The notes beneath the pieces were generated by a model. That model was not told the origin of the DNA and did no database searches. It saw only the letters and a program-made list of their open reading frames with translations. The position numbers and the translations under genes were made by a program. From Candidatus Magasanikiibacteriota bacterium (GTDB lineage Bacteria > Patescibacteriota > Patescibacteriia > Magasanikbacterales > UBA922), in NCBI GenBank assembly GCA_041674805.1, contig JBAYVA010000001.1, positions 262,612 through 326,611 of the forward strand: 64,000 nucleotides of DNA, given 5' to 3'. Below, in pieces: positions 46,802-57,393 of the stretch (its first letter is position 1; the number at the start of each line of letters is the position of its first letter).

Positions 46802-47188
46802 TTAAATAGTTAAACTTTTTTTTAAATTTGCCAATTGTGTTTTCACACTAGCATCCAATATTTTATCTTCTATTTTCACTCTAATACCACCTATCAAATT
46901 TTTATCAATCTTTTCTTGAACAAAAACTTCTTTACCAAAAGATTCTTTAATTTTTTTGATAATTTCAGTATCCAAATCTCTTGCAGAAGTCACTTCCAAT
47001 TCAACTATTCCTTGTTTTTTCTTAAGAATAGTTTCAAATTCAGCTATAATATTATTGGTTTGTTTTATTTTGTGTTTCTTAGCTAATAGACCCACAAAAT
47101 TTTTCAAAACAATATCTAAATCACTAGCATTCAAACCAATAGTCAATTCGTAAAGAGCTTCAGCAAATTGTTTATTAGAAATTTTCAT
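46802..47188 (-). CDS. atpH: F1 ATP synthase delta (OSCP) subunit, short form
   Basis: 128 aa. C-terminal [18 protein letters not shown] matches the delta consensus; the N-terminal part is shorter than typical. Confidence 0.6.
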   Translation of the reverse strand: MKISNKQFAEALYELTIGLNASDLDIVLKNFVGLLAKKHKIKQTNNIIAEFETILKKKQGIVELEVTSARDLDTEIIKKIKESFGKEVFVQEKIDKNLIGGIRVKIEDKILDASVKTQLANLKKSLTI

Positions 47189-47295
47189 AAATTTACGTCA
47201 TTCCGAGCGGAGCGAGGAATCTTTCCTGGCAACATCTCAGTATAAATGATTAAACGATCAAATGATTCTAAAATACTTTTTCAATTAATTTATTA

Positions 47296-47856
47296 TTATT
47301 TTTTTAGACTAGCTAAACTATCTTCAATTATTTTTTTGTCAATTTTACCATCCATTTTTTCATTCAAGATTTTTTCTAAAGCAGTTACAATAAGTGTAGC
47401 TGATTCCTGTCTAATCTCTTCCATCATTTGTACTTTTTCTGTTTGAATACTTTTTTTAGCTTGATCCACAATCACTTCGACTTCACTTTTAGCTTTTACT
47501 TTCATATCCTCACCAAGTTGCTTAGCATCAGTATGTGCTTTTTCAATTAATTTATTAGCTTCGCCTTTGGCTTCTTTCAATTTATCTTGATATTCTTTTT
47601 CACTAAGAGCTAAATTAGTTTCAATTTCTTTAGCATTATCAATACTATCATCAATCATTTTTTTACGTTCAGCCAATGTCTTAGTCAAAGGTTTTAAAAT
47701 CAAAAACCACAGAATAACCGCAACAACAGTAAAGTTAATAAGTTGAAAAACAAAAAGTTGAGCATTTAAACCCAAAGATGCTGGTAAACTTTGTTCAGCG
47801 ACGCCTGTTTCCTCATGTGTATTTAATGTTTCTTCTGTCATAATAATATTAAACAA
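47296..47856 (-). CDS. atpF: Fo ATP synthase b subunit
   Basis: Single N-terminal TM helix plus a long charged helix. Position between atpE and atpH. Confidence 0.7.
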   Translation of the reverse strand: MFNIIMTEETLNTHEETGVAEQSLPASLGLNAQLFVFQLINFTVVAVILWFLILKPLTKTLAERKKMIDDSIDNAKEIETNLALSEKEYQDKLKEAKGEANKLIEKAHTDAKQLGEDMKVKAKSEVEVIVDQAKKSIQTEKVQMMEEIRQESATLIVTALEKILNEKMDGKIDKKIIEDSLASLKK

Positions 47857-47966
47857 GTAAATAATTATTTGTGTTTATTTGTGTAACATTTGTGTTATTT
47901 TCAAACAAACAAACCAATGGAACCAAGTTTACCAGTTTTTAACTAGTAAACTCAGTCTACAACGAT

Positions 47967-48254
<288 letters not shown>

Positions 48255-48325
48255 TTATAAATTAAGTGACCTTTCGATCTTAGTCCCCTTGAAAATTTCA
48301 AGAAGATTGAAGATTGAAATGTCTT

Positions 48326-49144
48326 TTAGTGATGTGCTTCTTCTTCATCTCCATGTGGAACAGAAGTGGCTACCGTCATATATACCAAAGTAAGCATCGC
48401 AAATACCGTAGCTTGAATCACACCTACCAATATCTCAAGTAACATGAAAGGTGTTGGAACAAAAGCCGCAACTAAAGCCGAAATCACAGAAATCAAGATT
48501 TCTCCAGCAAAAATATTACCAAAAAGACGTAGAGAAAGAGATACAACTTTTGCAACCTCAGAAACTATTTCGATAAGACCCACACCAAATTCAATGATAG
48601 CTGCAAAAACAGCAATGAACCCTTCGCCAATACCATTTTTGAATTTTTTAAAACTTTTGAAAACATTTTTTATTTGTACAAACTTACCCAAATGTGTAAA
48701 AACACCAATAGTAGCAAAAGCATAGAGATGCGAACCAATCACAGAAACAAGTGCCATAGCGAGAGTAAGATTCAAATCAGTGTTGGCAGGACGAAGCAAC
48801 ATATTGTGTCCAAAAGTAATACTTCCTGTACCTGGTAAAAGTCCAAGCCAATTTGATAACAAAATAAAAAAGAAGATAGCACCAACTATTGGCAAAAATC
48901 TAATAGTCTTTTTTCTATCTCCTGTAACTTGATCAAAATAACCAAGTAGCGTGTCTAAGAAAAATTCACTAGCATTTTGTAATTTTCCTGGTTTCAAACT
49001 TATACTTCTTTTTATAAAAATTCCTAAAATCAAAAAAATGACAATCGCAAGCCAAGCATTTACCATAGTATTGGTAATATTTAGATTACCAATGTGAAAT
49101 ACTGCTTCTGGAGCAAGTGTAGGAATGTGAATTTCTGCAGCCAT
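48326..49144 (-). CDS. atpB: Fo ATP synthase a subunit
   Basis: Conserved Arg in LSLRLFGNIFAGE; 272 aa. Confidence 0.85.
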   Translation of the reverse strand: MAAEIHIPTLAPEAVFHIGNLNITNTMVNAWLAIVIFLILGIFIKRSISLKPGKLQNASEFFLDTLLGYFDQVTGDRKKTIRFLPIVGAIFFFILLSNWLGLLPGTGSITFGHNMLLRPANTDLNLTLAMALVSVIGSHLYAFATIGVFTHLGKFVQIKNVFKSFKKFKNGIGEGFIAVFAAIIEFGVGLIEIVSEVAKVVSLSLRLFGNIFAGEILISVISALVAAFVPTPFMLLEILVGVIQATVFAMLTLVYMTVATSVPHGDEEEAHH

Positions 49145-49225
49145 AACTTTAGTTATAAAGTTTGTAAAGTCAAAAGTTTATGAAGTCTTTTGTTTACAAC
49201 AATTAATTTTAAAAAATATTTGTGT

Positions 49226-49546
49226 CTATTTGTGAGTATTTGTGTCATCCCATTCATTTTTAACGGAATTGTCTTTTGATTTATCACTTATTTTTTCATC
49301 TAACTTCTTATACTCTTCCCCATACAACTTAGCTTTCTTATAAATCATTTTAGTAGAAAGAAAGGCAGCCAAGAGAAAAGCTCCAATAGTAAACCAAGGA
49401 GCGTATCCATATTTACCTTCAAGCCACTGACCAATTAAGACAAAAACTATAATAGGTACAGCAATTATGGCTCCAAAATCACCCACAATACGTAGACCCA
49501 ACATCATATATTTTCTATCTTTTGGGTCTTCTGGTAAAAGAGACAT
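49226..49546 (-). CDS. AtpZ/AtpI-family small membrane protein (first gene of the atp operon)
   Basis: 106 aa with two TM helices, at the 5' end of the operon. Confidence 0.5.
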   Translation of the reverse strand: MSLLPEDPKDRKYMMLGLRIVGDFGAIIAVPIIVFVLIGQWLEGKYGYAPWFTIGAFLLAAFLSTKMIYKKAKLYGEEYKKLDEKISDKSKDNSVKNEWDDTNTHK

Positions 49547-49582
49547 ATTTTTGAAAGAGTATCTAGAATGAAAAACGGTGCT

Positions 49583-49611
49583 ATTATAACTGTTTTAAAC
49601 TATTTCGTCAA
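49583..49611 (-). promoter_or_regulatory. near-consensus sigma70 promoter of the ATP synthase operon (TTGACG-N17-TATAAT)
   Basis: On the minus strand: ttgacgaaatagtttaaaacagttataat, about 35 nt upstream of the atpZ ATG. Confidence 0.55.
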
Positions 49612-49764
49612 TTATTTAACAAATTTGTTGTGAATAATAGTAACTAGACAAAATTTGGCTAAAACTTCAGTCTGCCTTGGGCAGATTAGAAACGCCATCA
49701 GTTTATCACTATGACATATGCTGTCAATCTGACTACCCTTGACAAAGCTACAAAACATGTTCTA

Positions 49765-49792
49765 AGTAAAAAACTTCCTTTTTAGGAAGTTT
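49765..49792 (-). terminator. intrinsic terminator (bidirectional hairpin) after 49804..50889
   Basis: aaaaaacttcct-tttt-aggaagtttt. Confidence 0.55.
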
Positions 49793-49803
49793 TCTATTTA
49801 AAT

Positions 49804-50889
49804 CTACTTATAAAGTATCTTTAATTTTTTTAAAAAATCACTATTTTCCAATAAATCAGCAGTATTTGTTATTTGATTCACCGATCCTACCTCATAACGT
49901 ATTTTTTTAATCAATGGATCTTTTATTTTTTTCTTAATTTCATTTGCAAAGATGTCCGCATGTATAACAAAATAAGGACGTTCATGGTAGCTAGAAACAT
50001 CTATAGATAATTCTTTGGTTATCTTTAACTCATTGTGCATATTAGCTAATACACTATATGCTTTAGATAGATATTTTTCTCTATCTTTCCAAGTTTCTGC
50101 TAATAAAACTTTATTAAAAGTTGGAGTAAGTTTTTTGGCAGATTTCAACTTTGAAAATGCCGTACCAAACCACTTGCTATAAGCTGAATATTCTTTTTCC
50201 ATAAGGAAACAAAGATTCATAAGAGAATGTACCAAGCGGGCAGATATTACTTTTGAGCCAAGTTCATCACCAACATGTCCTGTTCTACCCACGAATGCTT
50301 CTTCCTGACTTATTTTCATCCATTCAGATGCCAATAAAAATAACCAAATATCTTTTGGATAATAAAATAATTTTTTTCTAATTAAATTTAAATCCAAATC
50401 ATCATGAAAAATTTTTCCATTCTTTATTGTTCTGAGTTTTTGTTCTGGAAAAGTAAGCCAATCAAAAACTGAAATTTCTTTGTTTAAATCTAGGGACAAA
50501 TATTCTTTGAAAAAAGAGTCTATTGTATATATCTCTACTCTATGATTTATTTTATTACCTATTTCCACTTCCTTAAGAAATTGAACACCTATATCATCAG
50601 GACTACCAAAATTGGTTGAATAACCTTTGAATTTATTTGGTAAATTGTTACTCAAAAAATTAGAAATACTTTTTTTCTTTTCAAAATCTTTTTTTGAGAG
50701 AAACAATAAGACTCTAGGACCCCAATGATGATCTCTAGAAATTTCAGTATCAAAACCCAAAACTTCTGATCCAAAATCTATCAAACCAGCTGAGTATTTT
50801 AAACCAACAAACTCTTTTTCTAACAAAGGTTTGACTATTTCCTTATAAAAATCTTCACTAAGTTTTAGTCCAGGTATAAATTTCGGCAT
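49804..50889 (-). CDS. hypothetical protein, possibly a nucleotidyltransferase-fold (DUF4037-like) protein
   Basis: GLIDFGSEVLGFDTEISRDHHWGP resembles the hG[GS]...D.D motif region. Family assignment is weak. Confidence 0.35.
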   Translation of the reverse strand: MPKFIPGLKLSEDFYKEIVKPLLEKEFVGLKYSAGLIDFGSEVLGFDTEISRDHHWGPRVLLFLSKKDFEKKKSISNFLSNNLPNKFKGYSTNFGSPDDIGVQFLKEVEIGNKINHRVEIYTIDSFFKEYLSLDLNKEISVFDWLTFPEQKLRTIKNGKIFHDDLDLNLIRKKLFYYPKDIWLFLLASEWMKISQEEAFVGRTGHVGDELGSKVISARLVHSLMNLCFLMEKEYSAYSKWFGTAFSKLKSAKKLTPTFNKVLLAETWKDREKYLSKAYSVLANMHNELKITKELSIDVSSYHERPYFVIHADIFANEIKKKIKDPLIKKIRYEVGSVNQITNTADLLENSDFLKKLKILYK

Positions 50890-50894
50890 AAAAG

Positions 50895-51740
50895 TTATAT
50901 TTTAATCTTATCAAACAACCTCAAACTATTTTCCCAAACAATATTTTGGACTTCTTTAACACTCAAATCTTTTATAATAGCTACTTGTTTGAGGACTTCT
51001 TCTACCATCCAAGGTTCACAACGCTTGCCACGATACTTTTGTGGAGCGAGATATGGAGCATCTGTTTCTATTAGAAATCTATCCAAAGGAACATTTTTTA
51101 CCACTTCCCACAAATCTTTTTGAATTTTTGGTTCTGTCTTTTTACTAGGAAAAGTGATAATACCCGTGAAACCCAGATACAAACCAAAATCCAAATATTT
51201 TTGAGCAACTTCCCAATCCCCACTAAAACAATGTACTACTCCACGTATTGGCTTTGCCAGAGTTTCTAGTACTTCAATCAGCTCTTTGTGAGCATCACGA
51301 ACGTGAATTACCAGTGGTAAATTATTTTTTACAGCAAAATGATATTGCGCCAAAAATATTTCCTTTTGCCTGTCTAATACTTCTTCAACTGTTTTGTCTT
51401 TTGGAACATGATACAATTCAAAACCACATTCCCCTACTGCAATTACTTTGTCTGATTTAGCAAGTTCAGCAAAATATTCTTCATCAAAATTTTCTTCACG
51501 AGAAACAAAAGATGATTCTTCTTCATCGACATAAGTTGGAAATAAGTGTATTGGATGAATCCCTATTGAAGCAAAAATATTAGAATTACTTTCAGCTAAC
51601 TCCACCGCTTTTCTACTCGTTTCTTTTTGGGTACCAATAGCATGAAGCCAAATATTTTTTTCAGCACAAACTTCAAGCACTTTTTCACGCTCTTCATCAA
51701 AACCTTTGAATTGTATATGGCAGTGAGAGTCAAACAACAT
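50895..51740 (-). CDS. tatD: TatD-family metal-dependent hydrolase/DNase
   Basis: MLFDSHCHI N-terminus, VGECGFE, and HCFSG...ETDAPYL. Confidence 0.85.
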   Translation of the reverse strand: MLFDSHCHIQFKGFDEEREKVLEVCAEKNIWLHAIGTQKETSRKAVELAESNSNIFASIGIHPIHLFPTYVDEEESSFVSREENFDEEYFAELAKSDKVIAVGECGFELYHVPKDKTVEEVLDRQKEIFLAQYHFAVKNNLPLVIHVRDAHKELIEVLETLAKPIRGVVHCFSGDWEVAQKYLDFGLYLGFTGIITFPSKKTEPKIQKDLWEVVKNVPLDRFLIETDAPYLAPQKYRGKRCEPWMVEEVLKQVAIIKDLSVKEVQNIVWENSLRLFDKIKI

Positions 51741-51757
51741 ATTATTTCGTATCCCTA

Positions 51758-52294
51758 TTAACGAATTATATTCTCAGCATAATCTACCGTAGATTGCAAA
51801 AGTTGTAAAGCCTGTGGCAATAATGGCAAGAAAATAGAAGCAATATCACTTAAAGTTGGAGCTAATGTTGAATTTGCCAAACCTGTCATTATTTTTTCAG
51901 AAAGAGGAATTCTCTCAATAAAATATACAAACAAACCAAGACTTAATATACCTTCGAGCAAACCTAAGCCTAAACCAAACAAACGATTGAAAGTTTTTAC
52001 AAAAGGAATAATAGAAATGATCTTAAATATTCTATCTACAAACCAGAAAAATACACCTACCGCACTTGTGATAACAAAAAAAGCCAAAATAAACATCAAT
52101 ACTTTGCTAGTATTAGCTTGCCAACCTGTCACAGATATTAGCCAAGTAGCTAATTCATTATAATATCTACCAGCCAAATAAACACCCAAAAAAGTACCAA
52201 TGAGTGAGCCAAACGCACGCACAAAACCAGACCAAAAACCATAAATTCCAAAACCGCCGATAATTATAAGAAAAATGATATCTGTAAGATTCAT
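51758..52294 (-). CDS. cvpA: CvpA-family membrane protein
   Basis: DIIFLIIIGGFGIYGFWSGFVRAFGSLIGTFLGVYLA. Confidence 0.7.
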   Translation of the reverse strand: MNLTDIIFLIIIGGFGIYGFWSGFVRAFGSLIGTFLGVYLAGRYYNELATWLISVTGWQANTSKVLMFILAFFVITSAVGVFFWFVDRIFKIISIIPFVKTFNRLFGLGLGLLEGILSLGLFVYFIERIPLSEKIMTGLANSTLAPTLSDIASIFLPLLPQALQLLQSTVDYAENIIR

Positions 52295-52392
52295 ATTATT
52301 ATGAATAAAAATTATATTAATATTTTATCACAAAAATAAACAAAATAAAAACATTCTCTTTTTTTGAGAATGTTTTTTATAAATTTCACAAA

Positions 52393-53913
52393 CTATTTTA
52401 CTAATCTTGCAAACAATATTTCTGCTTTTTTTATTTCTTTTCCTTCTTGCAATAAACCCCATTTTTTTTCTTCAGCAAAATTGTCTGAAACTTCCAAATT
52501 CAATTGAGACAAAATCTTTTCAGCAGTTCCAGGAATAATTGGTACCAATGATAAAGCCAAATGTCGTAGACCTTCTACCAACTGATACAACAAAACAGAG
52601 ATATTTTCACCAGTCTTCACTTTTTCCCAAGGTTTTTCTTCAGAAATTTTCAAATCTATTTTTGAAACCAAGGAATTAATATTTTTTATTACTTCTTCAA
52701 AATCAAATTTAGCAAAAGCACTTTCATGATCTAACCAAAATTTTTCTGTTTCAAAAATATCTACTGCAACAGCTGGTACTTTATTTTCTTGATATTTCTC
52801 TATCATGGTCAAAATACGAGAAGTAAGGTTACCAATACCATTTACTAGATGAGCGGTGTAAAAATTTTCAAAACGTGATACTGAAAAATCACCATCTTTA
52901 GTTGAAGAAACTGCTCCAAGCAAATAATAACGTACAGCATCTGTTCCATATTTAGTAACAACATCTTCTGGATTCACGACATTTCCTAGAGATTTACTCA
53001 TCTTCTCTCCTTCAGTTGTCAAATAACCATGTATAAATTCTGTTGTAGGCAAATCCAAACTTGCAGAAATAAGCATGGCTGGCCAATAAAGAACATGAAA
53101 CTTACCAATACCTTTACCAATTACATGCACGACTTCCCTATTTTCTTGATCATTTTGTTCCCAATATTTTGTAAACAAACTTTCATCAGTACTACCAAAA
53201 TTCAAACCTGTTATATAATTTGACAAAGCATCCACCCAAACATACATGATTTGACTTTCATCACCCGGAACTTTTACCCCCCAATTGTGAGCACGCTCTG
53301 CACTACGAGAAATACTAAAATCTTCCAATCCTCTATCTATAAAAGCAAGCCACTCATTTTTACGAAATTCTGGAGTAATATTTATAATATTTTTTTCTAC
53401 CAATTCTTTCAATTTTTCTTGGTAATTGGAAAGTTTGAAAAACCAATTTTCTTCTTCAACCACTTCAGGTGCAGTCTTATGTTCCAAACATTTACCATCC
53501 TCAAGCTCTTCTTCTTTATAAAAAGCTTCGCAACCAACACAATACAAACCTTTATATTTTCTTTTTTCCAAATCTTCTTTTTTGAAATTATTCCACAATT
53601 TTTGGGCACCTTTCATATGTCTATCTTCTGTAGTACGAATGAAACCATCAAAAGAAATATTCAAAATATTTTTGAAATTATAAAATTCCTTGTAATATTC
53701 ATCAACAAATTCTTGAACACCCTTGCCAGCTTTTTCAGCTGCTTGTACATTTTTGAGAGAGTTTTCATCAGTACCAGACAAAAAGAAAACATCTTTACCA
53801 ACAAGTCTCTGGTAACGAGCTATAGCATCTGTTTGAATATATTCAAGAGCATGTCCAATATGAGGTTTGCCATTGATATAAGGAATGGCGGTTGAAATGT
53901 AATATTTATTCAT
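52393..53913 (-). CDS. metG: methionine--tRNA ligase (minimal form)
   Basis: PYINGKPHIGHALEY (HIGH motif) and KMSKSLGNVV. Likely start at MNKYYIST, internal to the track ORF. Confidence 0.9.
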   Translation of the reverse strand: MNKYYISTAIPYINGKPHIGHALEYIQTDAIARYQRLVGKDVFFLSGTDENSLKNVQAAEKAGKGVQEFVDEYYKEFYNFKNILNISFDGFIRTTEDRHMKGAQKLWNNFKKEDLEKRKYKGLYCVGCEAFYKEEELEDGKCLEHKTAPEVVEEENWFFKLSNYQEKLKELVEKNIINITPEFRKNEWLAFIDRGLEDFSISRSAERAHNWGVKVPGDESQIMYVWVDALSNYITGLNFGSTDESLFTKYWEQNDQENREVVHVIGKGIGKFHVLYWPAMLISASLDLPTTEFIHGYLTTEGEKMSKSLGNVVNPEDVVTKYGTDAVRYYLLGAVSSTKDGDFSVSRFENFYTAHLVNGIGNLTSRILTMIEKYQENKVPAVAVDIFETEKFWLDHESAFAKFDFEEVIKNINSLVSKIDLKISEEKPWEKVKTGENISVLLYQLVEGLRHLALSLVPIIPGTAEKILSQLNLEVSDNFAEEKKWGLLQEGKEIKKAEILFARLVK

Positions 53914-54018
53914 AAAATTATTTATTTGTAATATATAAGTTTGGTGAGGAGACAATGCCGAGGGTAGAAACACTGTCAACCTCCTTTGAACCCTACAGCG
54001 ATTGTTTGGCTGTACTAC

Positions 54019-54216
54019 TTAGTCAGCCATTTCATCGTTGGGGGGATCACACGAAGTAGCCGAGAACGCCTCGACATCATCGAAGTGTACTGTACAACCC
54101 TGGCAACGATAGTAAAGCACACGCCCCTTCTTCGTTCCCTGAGGAGTCTCCCTTACAGCTTCATAACCACCATCATACCCGCAAACAGCACAGGTAAAAT
54201 TTGAATCCATCGGCAT
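54019..54216 (-). CDS. small C4 zinc-ribbon protein (66 aa), GC-rich relative to the genome
   Basis: AAGGAG-N7-ATG; MPMDSNFTCAVCGYDGG...YRCQGCTVHFDD (CxxC-N17-CxxC). Local GC is about 50%, against roughly 30% background. Confidence 0.5.
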   Translation of the reverse strand: MPMDSNFTCAVCGYDGGYEAVRETPQGTKKGRVLYYRCQGCTVHFDDVEAFSATSCDPPNDEMAD

Positions 54217-54271
54217 TGCCAATCTCCTTATTTTTCCCCTCGCCAAACATATATATTTATATTTATAATAA

Positions 54272-54952
54272 CTATCCGCGTCTAATAATAACAACAAATT
54301 CCCCCTTATCCTTCACCTGCATTTCAGCCAAACCACCGACAGTCCCACGATAAATCGTTTCAAATTTTTTGGTAAGTTCCCGACAAATACAAACTTTTGT
54401 TTCAGGTGCTAAAAACTCTTGCATACTTGCCACGGCTTTGAGAATTCTGTGATTTGATTCATAAAAACAAACTGTCTGTTCAATATTTGCTAAATTTTTG
54501 AAATATGATTGTCTACCATTTTTTTGAGGAGGAAAACCAAGGAAAATAAATTTGTCAGTAGGAAAACCAGAAATAGAGAGTGCTGTCACTACAGCAGAAA
54601 CACCTGGTATAGGTACAATTTCTATTTCAGAATTATTTTCCAATATTTCAAAAATCAACTTGTTTCCAGGATCAGAAATTCCTGGGGTACCAGCATCAGA
54701 GACAAGAGCTAAATTCTTACCTTCTTCAAGTAATTCTTTTATTTCAGAAACTTTTCTTTCGTCACTATGTTGATGATAACTAATCGTCTTAGTAGTGATT
54801 TCATAGTGATTCAACAATTTTTGGGTGACTCGAGTATCTTCACACAAAATAAAATCAACGCTTTTCAAAGTTTCCAAAGCACGCAAAGTAATATCACCTA
54901 GATTACCAATCGGTGTAGCGACTATATACAATTTTCCAAAATCAGTCGTCAT
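54272..54952 (-). CDS. rsmI: 16S rRNA (cytidine1402-2'-O)-methyltransferase RsmI
   Basis: LYIVATPIGNLGDITLRALETLK. The track ORF begins with TTG; the likely start is MTTDFGK. The internal start coordinate is approximate. Confidence 0.85.
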   Translation of the reverse strand: MTTDFGKLYIVATPIGNLGDITLRALETLKSVDFILCEDTRVTQKLLNHYEITTKTISYHQHSDERKVSEIKELLEEGKNLALVSDAGTPGISDPGNKLIFEILENNSEIEIVPIPGVSAVVTALSISGFPTDKFIFLGFPPQKNGRQSYFKNLANIEQTVCFYESNHRILKAVASMQEFLAPETKVCICRELTKKFETIYRGTVGGLAEMQVKDKGEFVVIIRRG

Positions 54953-55186
54953 AATCTGTTTAAATTTGTTTAACTTGTCCGCCTTGGGCGGAATCAATGC
55001 TATTATAACAAATTCAGCCAAAAAATCAATAATAAACAAAAAACAAGATTTTTTTTGTTTTTTATGTTATAATGCAAAAGCTTGAAAGGCTAAAAAGCTT
55101 TTTTTTAAAACATTGTCTTTCAAACTCACTGCCTATCAACAAGCAGATTTTAAAAATTATAAGCCTTTCAGGCATTCACAAAAACT

Positions 55187-56572
55187 ATGAAAAAAACACT
55201 AATTTATATATTACTATTCAATCTATTAATTCCACAAATTTCTTTGGCTGTCGATTTTAATCCAAACTATATTATCAGTGATGAAACTTTGCAAAACAAA
55301 GATACTATGAGTACATCTGACATACAGATTTTTTTGGAAGAAAAAAATAGCCCATTGGCAAGTTTTATTACTGAGTATATAGATGGCAATCGACAAAAAG
55401 CATCAGCAATTATCTACAACTCCGCTCAAAAATACAATATAAATCCCAAATATTTACTTGTAAAACTACAAAAAGAACAAAGTTTAGTAACTGACAAAAA
55501 TCCTAGTCAAAAACAATTTGATTGGGCTACAGGCTACGCTGTTTGTGATAGTTGTGCTATGGATGATCCAAGTATTCAAGAATACAAAGGATTTACCAAC
55601 CAAGTAGATAGTGCTGCTGGTGTCATGAGAAGTTATTATGAAAAATATCCTACACAAGCTTGGATCAAACGCGCAGGACAAACATATAATATTGATGGTC
55701 AAAAAATCACACCAGCGACCAACGCGACAGCTTTTCTTTATACCTATACACCTCATATTCACGGCAATCAAAATTTTTGGACAATCTGGCAATCTTGGTT
55801 TGAACAAAGCTACCCAGATGGTACTTTAGCCAAAACAAACGAAAATCCCACAGTTTATCTATTGCAAGATGGCAAAAAAAGAAAAATTGATAATATGACT
55901 TCTCTTGTCACCAGATTTGATCCAAAAATGATAATAACAGTACCACAATCAGAAATTGACAAACTAGAAAATGGTAAAGAAATAAAATTACCAAATTATG
56001 CGATTGTCCAAGCTCCTTCAGGTTATTATTTACTTGATTATGATTATAAAAGAAAATTTGATAGCTATGATGTAGTCAGAAAATTTGGCTATAACCCAGA
56101 TGAAATCATAGAAGTAGAAGAATCTGATTTAGAAAGTTATTTACCAGCTGAAAATATTAGTGCGGATGTAAGAGATCTTACTGGTAGAATTGTCAAACTA
56201 AAAAATACACAAAATTTTTATTATATAAAAGATAACACCTATTCACCTATTTTGGACCAAAAAATTATACAAACAAATTTTAATAACTTAGATATTGAAA
56301 CCGTTGAAAGTACAACTTTTGATACTCTCACCAAAACAAATCCTATTTTACCAAAAGATGGTATAATTATTGGAGTAGAAGGAGATTCTTCTATATATGT
56401 CATAGAAAATGGTAAAAAAAGACACATCAAAAATGAAAAAACTTTCAATACTTATGGTTATAATTGGAAAAACATTGTCTGGATCAATTTTTATGCAGGT
56501 TTAGCTATACCAGATGGCTTACCATTGCAATTAATTGAAGAAATTGATAATTTAGATACAGTTACTAACTAA
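55187..56572 (+). CDS. hypothetical secreted protein (signal peptide)
   Basis: MKKTLIYILLFNLLIPQISLA signal peptide. 461 aa with no family recognised. Confidence 0.5.
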   Translation: MKKTLIYILLFNLLIPQISLAVDFNPNYIISDETLQNKDTMSTSDIQIFLEEKNSPLASFITEYIDGNRQKASAIIYNSAQKYNINPKYLLVKLQKEQSLVTDKNPSQKQFDWATGYAVCDSCAMDDPSIQEYKGFTNQVDSAAGVMRSYYEKYPTQAWIKRAGQTYNIDGQKITPATNATAFLYTYTPHIHGNQNFWTIWQSWFEQSYPDGTLAKTNENPTVYLLQDGKKRKIDNMTSLVTRFDPKMIITVPQSEIDKLENGKEIKLPNYAIVQAPSGYYLLDYDYKRKFDSYDVVRKFGYNPDEIIEVEESDLESYLPAENISADVRDLTGRIVKLKNTQNFYYIKDNTYSPILDQKIIQTNFNNLDIETVESTTFDTLTKTNPILPKDGIIIGVEGDSSIYVIENGKKRHIKNEKTFNTYGYNWKNIVWINFYAGLAIPDGLPLQLIEEIDNLDTVTN

Positions 56573-56580
56573 TATTCTTT

Positions 56581-57375
56581 ATGCCTATAGTTTTTGCAGC
56601 TATTACACCTCATCCTCCTATATTGATAGAAGGTATAGGAAAAGAACAAAAAGAAAAAATAAACAAAACAATCAATTCTTTTGCTATTTTGGAAAAAGAT
56701 CTGTATGTAACAAAACCAGACATCATAGTTATACTTTCACCTCACAATACTTTTTCAGAAAAAATTTTTTCTATAAATTTGGCAACTGAGTTCGTTTCTT
56801 ATTATGAAAAATTTGGTTATTTTGCAACTACCGATATTTGGAAAGGTGAAACAACTCTTTCTTATATTATAAAAGAAAAAACTCAAGAAAAAGATATTCC
56901 TATCCAAATCATTACTGAAAAAAAATTAGACCACAGTACTTCTATACCTCTTTCCAAAATAAGTAAAAATTTAACAAATATAAAAATTTTACCAATAAAC
57001 ACCTCACAACAAACTGAAGCAAAAACACTACTAGACTTTGGCAAAATTTTGTATGAAATATTAGCTGACTCAGAAAAAAGAATAGCGATTATTGCTTCAG
57101 CTGATTTGTCTCACGCACTAACAAATGAATCACCGGCTGGATACCACAAAGCTGGCAAAGAATTTGATGAAACAATTATCAAACTTTTGGAAACACATAA
57201 TACAGTAGGTATTACTCAAATGGACAAAGATTTAATCAAAAATTCAGAAGAATGCGGTTATAATTCTATTTTGATTTTACTAGGTTGCCTAAAAAATATT
57301 AAATATGAATTCAAAAATTTGTCTTATGAAAGTCCTTTAGGTATTGGTTACCTAACTGGTGAATTTGTATTTTAA
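56581..57375 (+). CDS. class III extradiol dioxygenase (LigB)/MEMO1-like family protein, tentative
   Basis: MPIVFAAITPHPP...ILSPHN...SADLSHAL pattern of metal-binding His residues. Confidence 0.35.
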   Translation: MPIVFAAITPHPPILIEGIGKEQKEKINKTINSFAILEKDLYVTKPDIIVILSPHNTFSEKIFSINLATEFVSYYEKFGYFATTDIWKGETTLSYIIKEKTQEKDIPIQIITEKKLDHSTSIPLSKISKNLTNIKILPINTSQQTEAKTLLDFGKILYEILADSEKRIAIIASADLSHALTNESPAGYHKAGKEFDETIIKLLETHNTVGITQMDKDLIKNSEECGYNSILILLGCLKNIKYEFKNLSYESPLGIGYLTGEFVF

Positions 57376-57393
57376 AAAAATAATCCCTATATT

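Noticed and set aside
53940-54020. GC-rich stretch at the metG start as a possible RNA gene
   Set aside because: Only a weak 4-bp stem is present. It is more simply the 5' region/RBS area of metG plus the start of the GC-rich zinc-ribbon gene.
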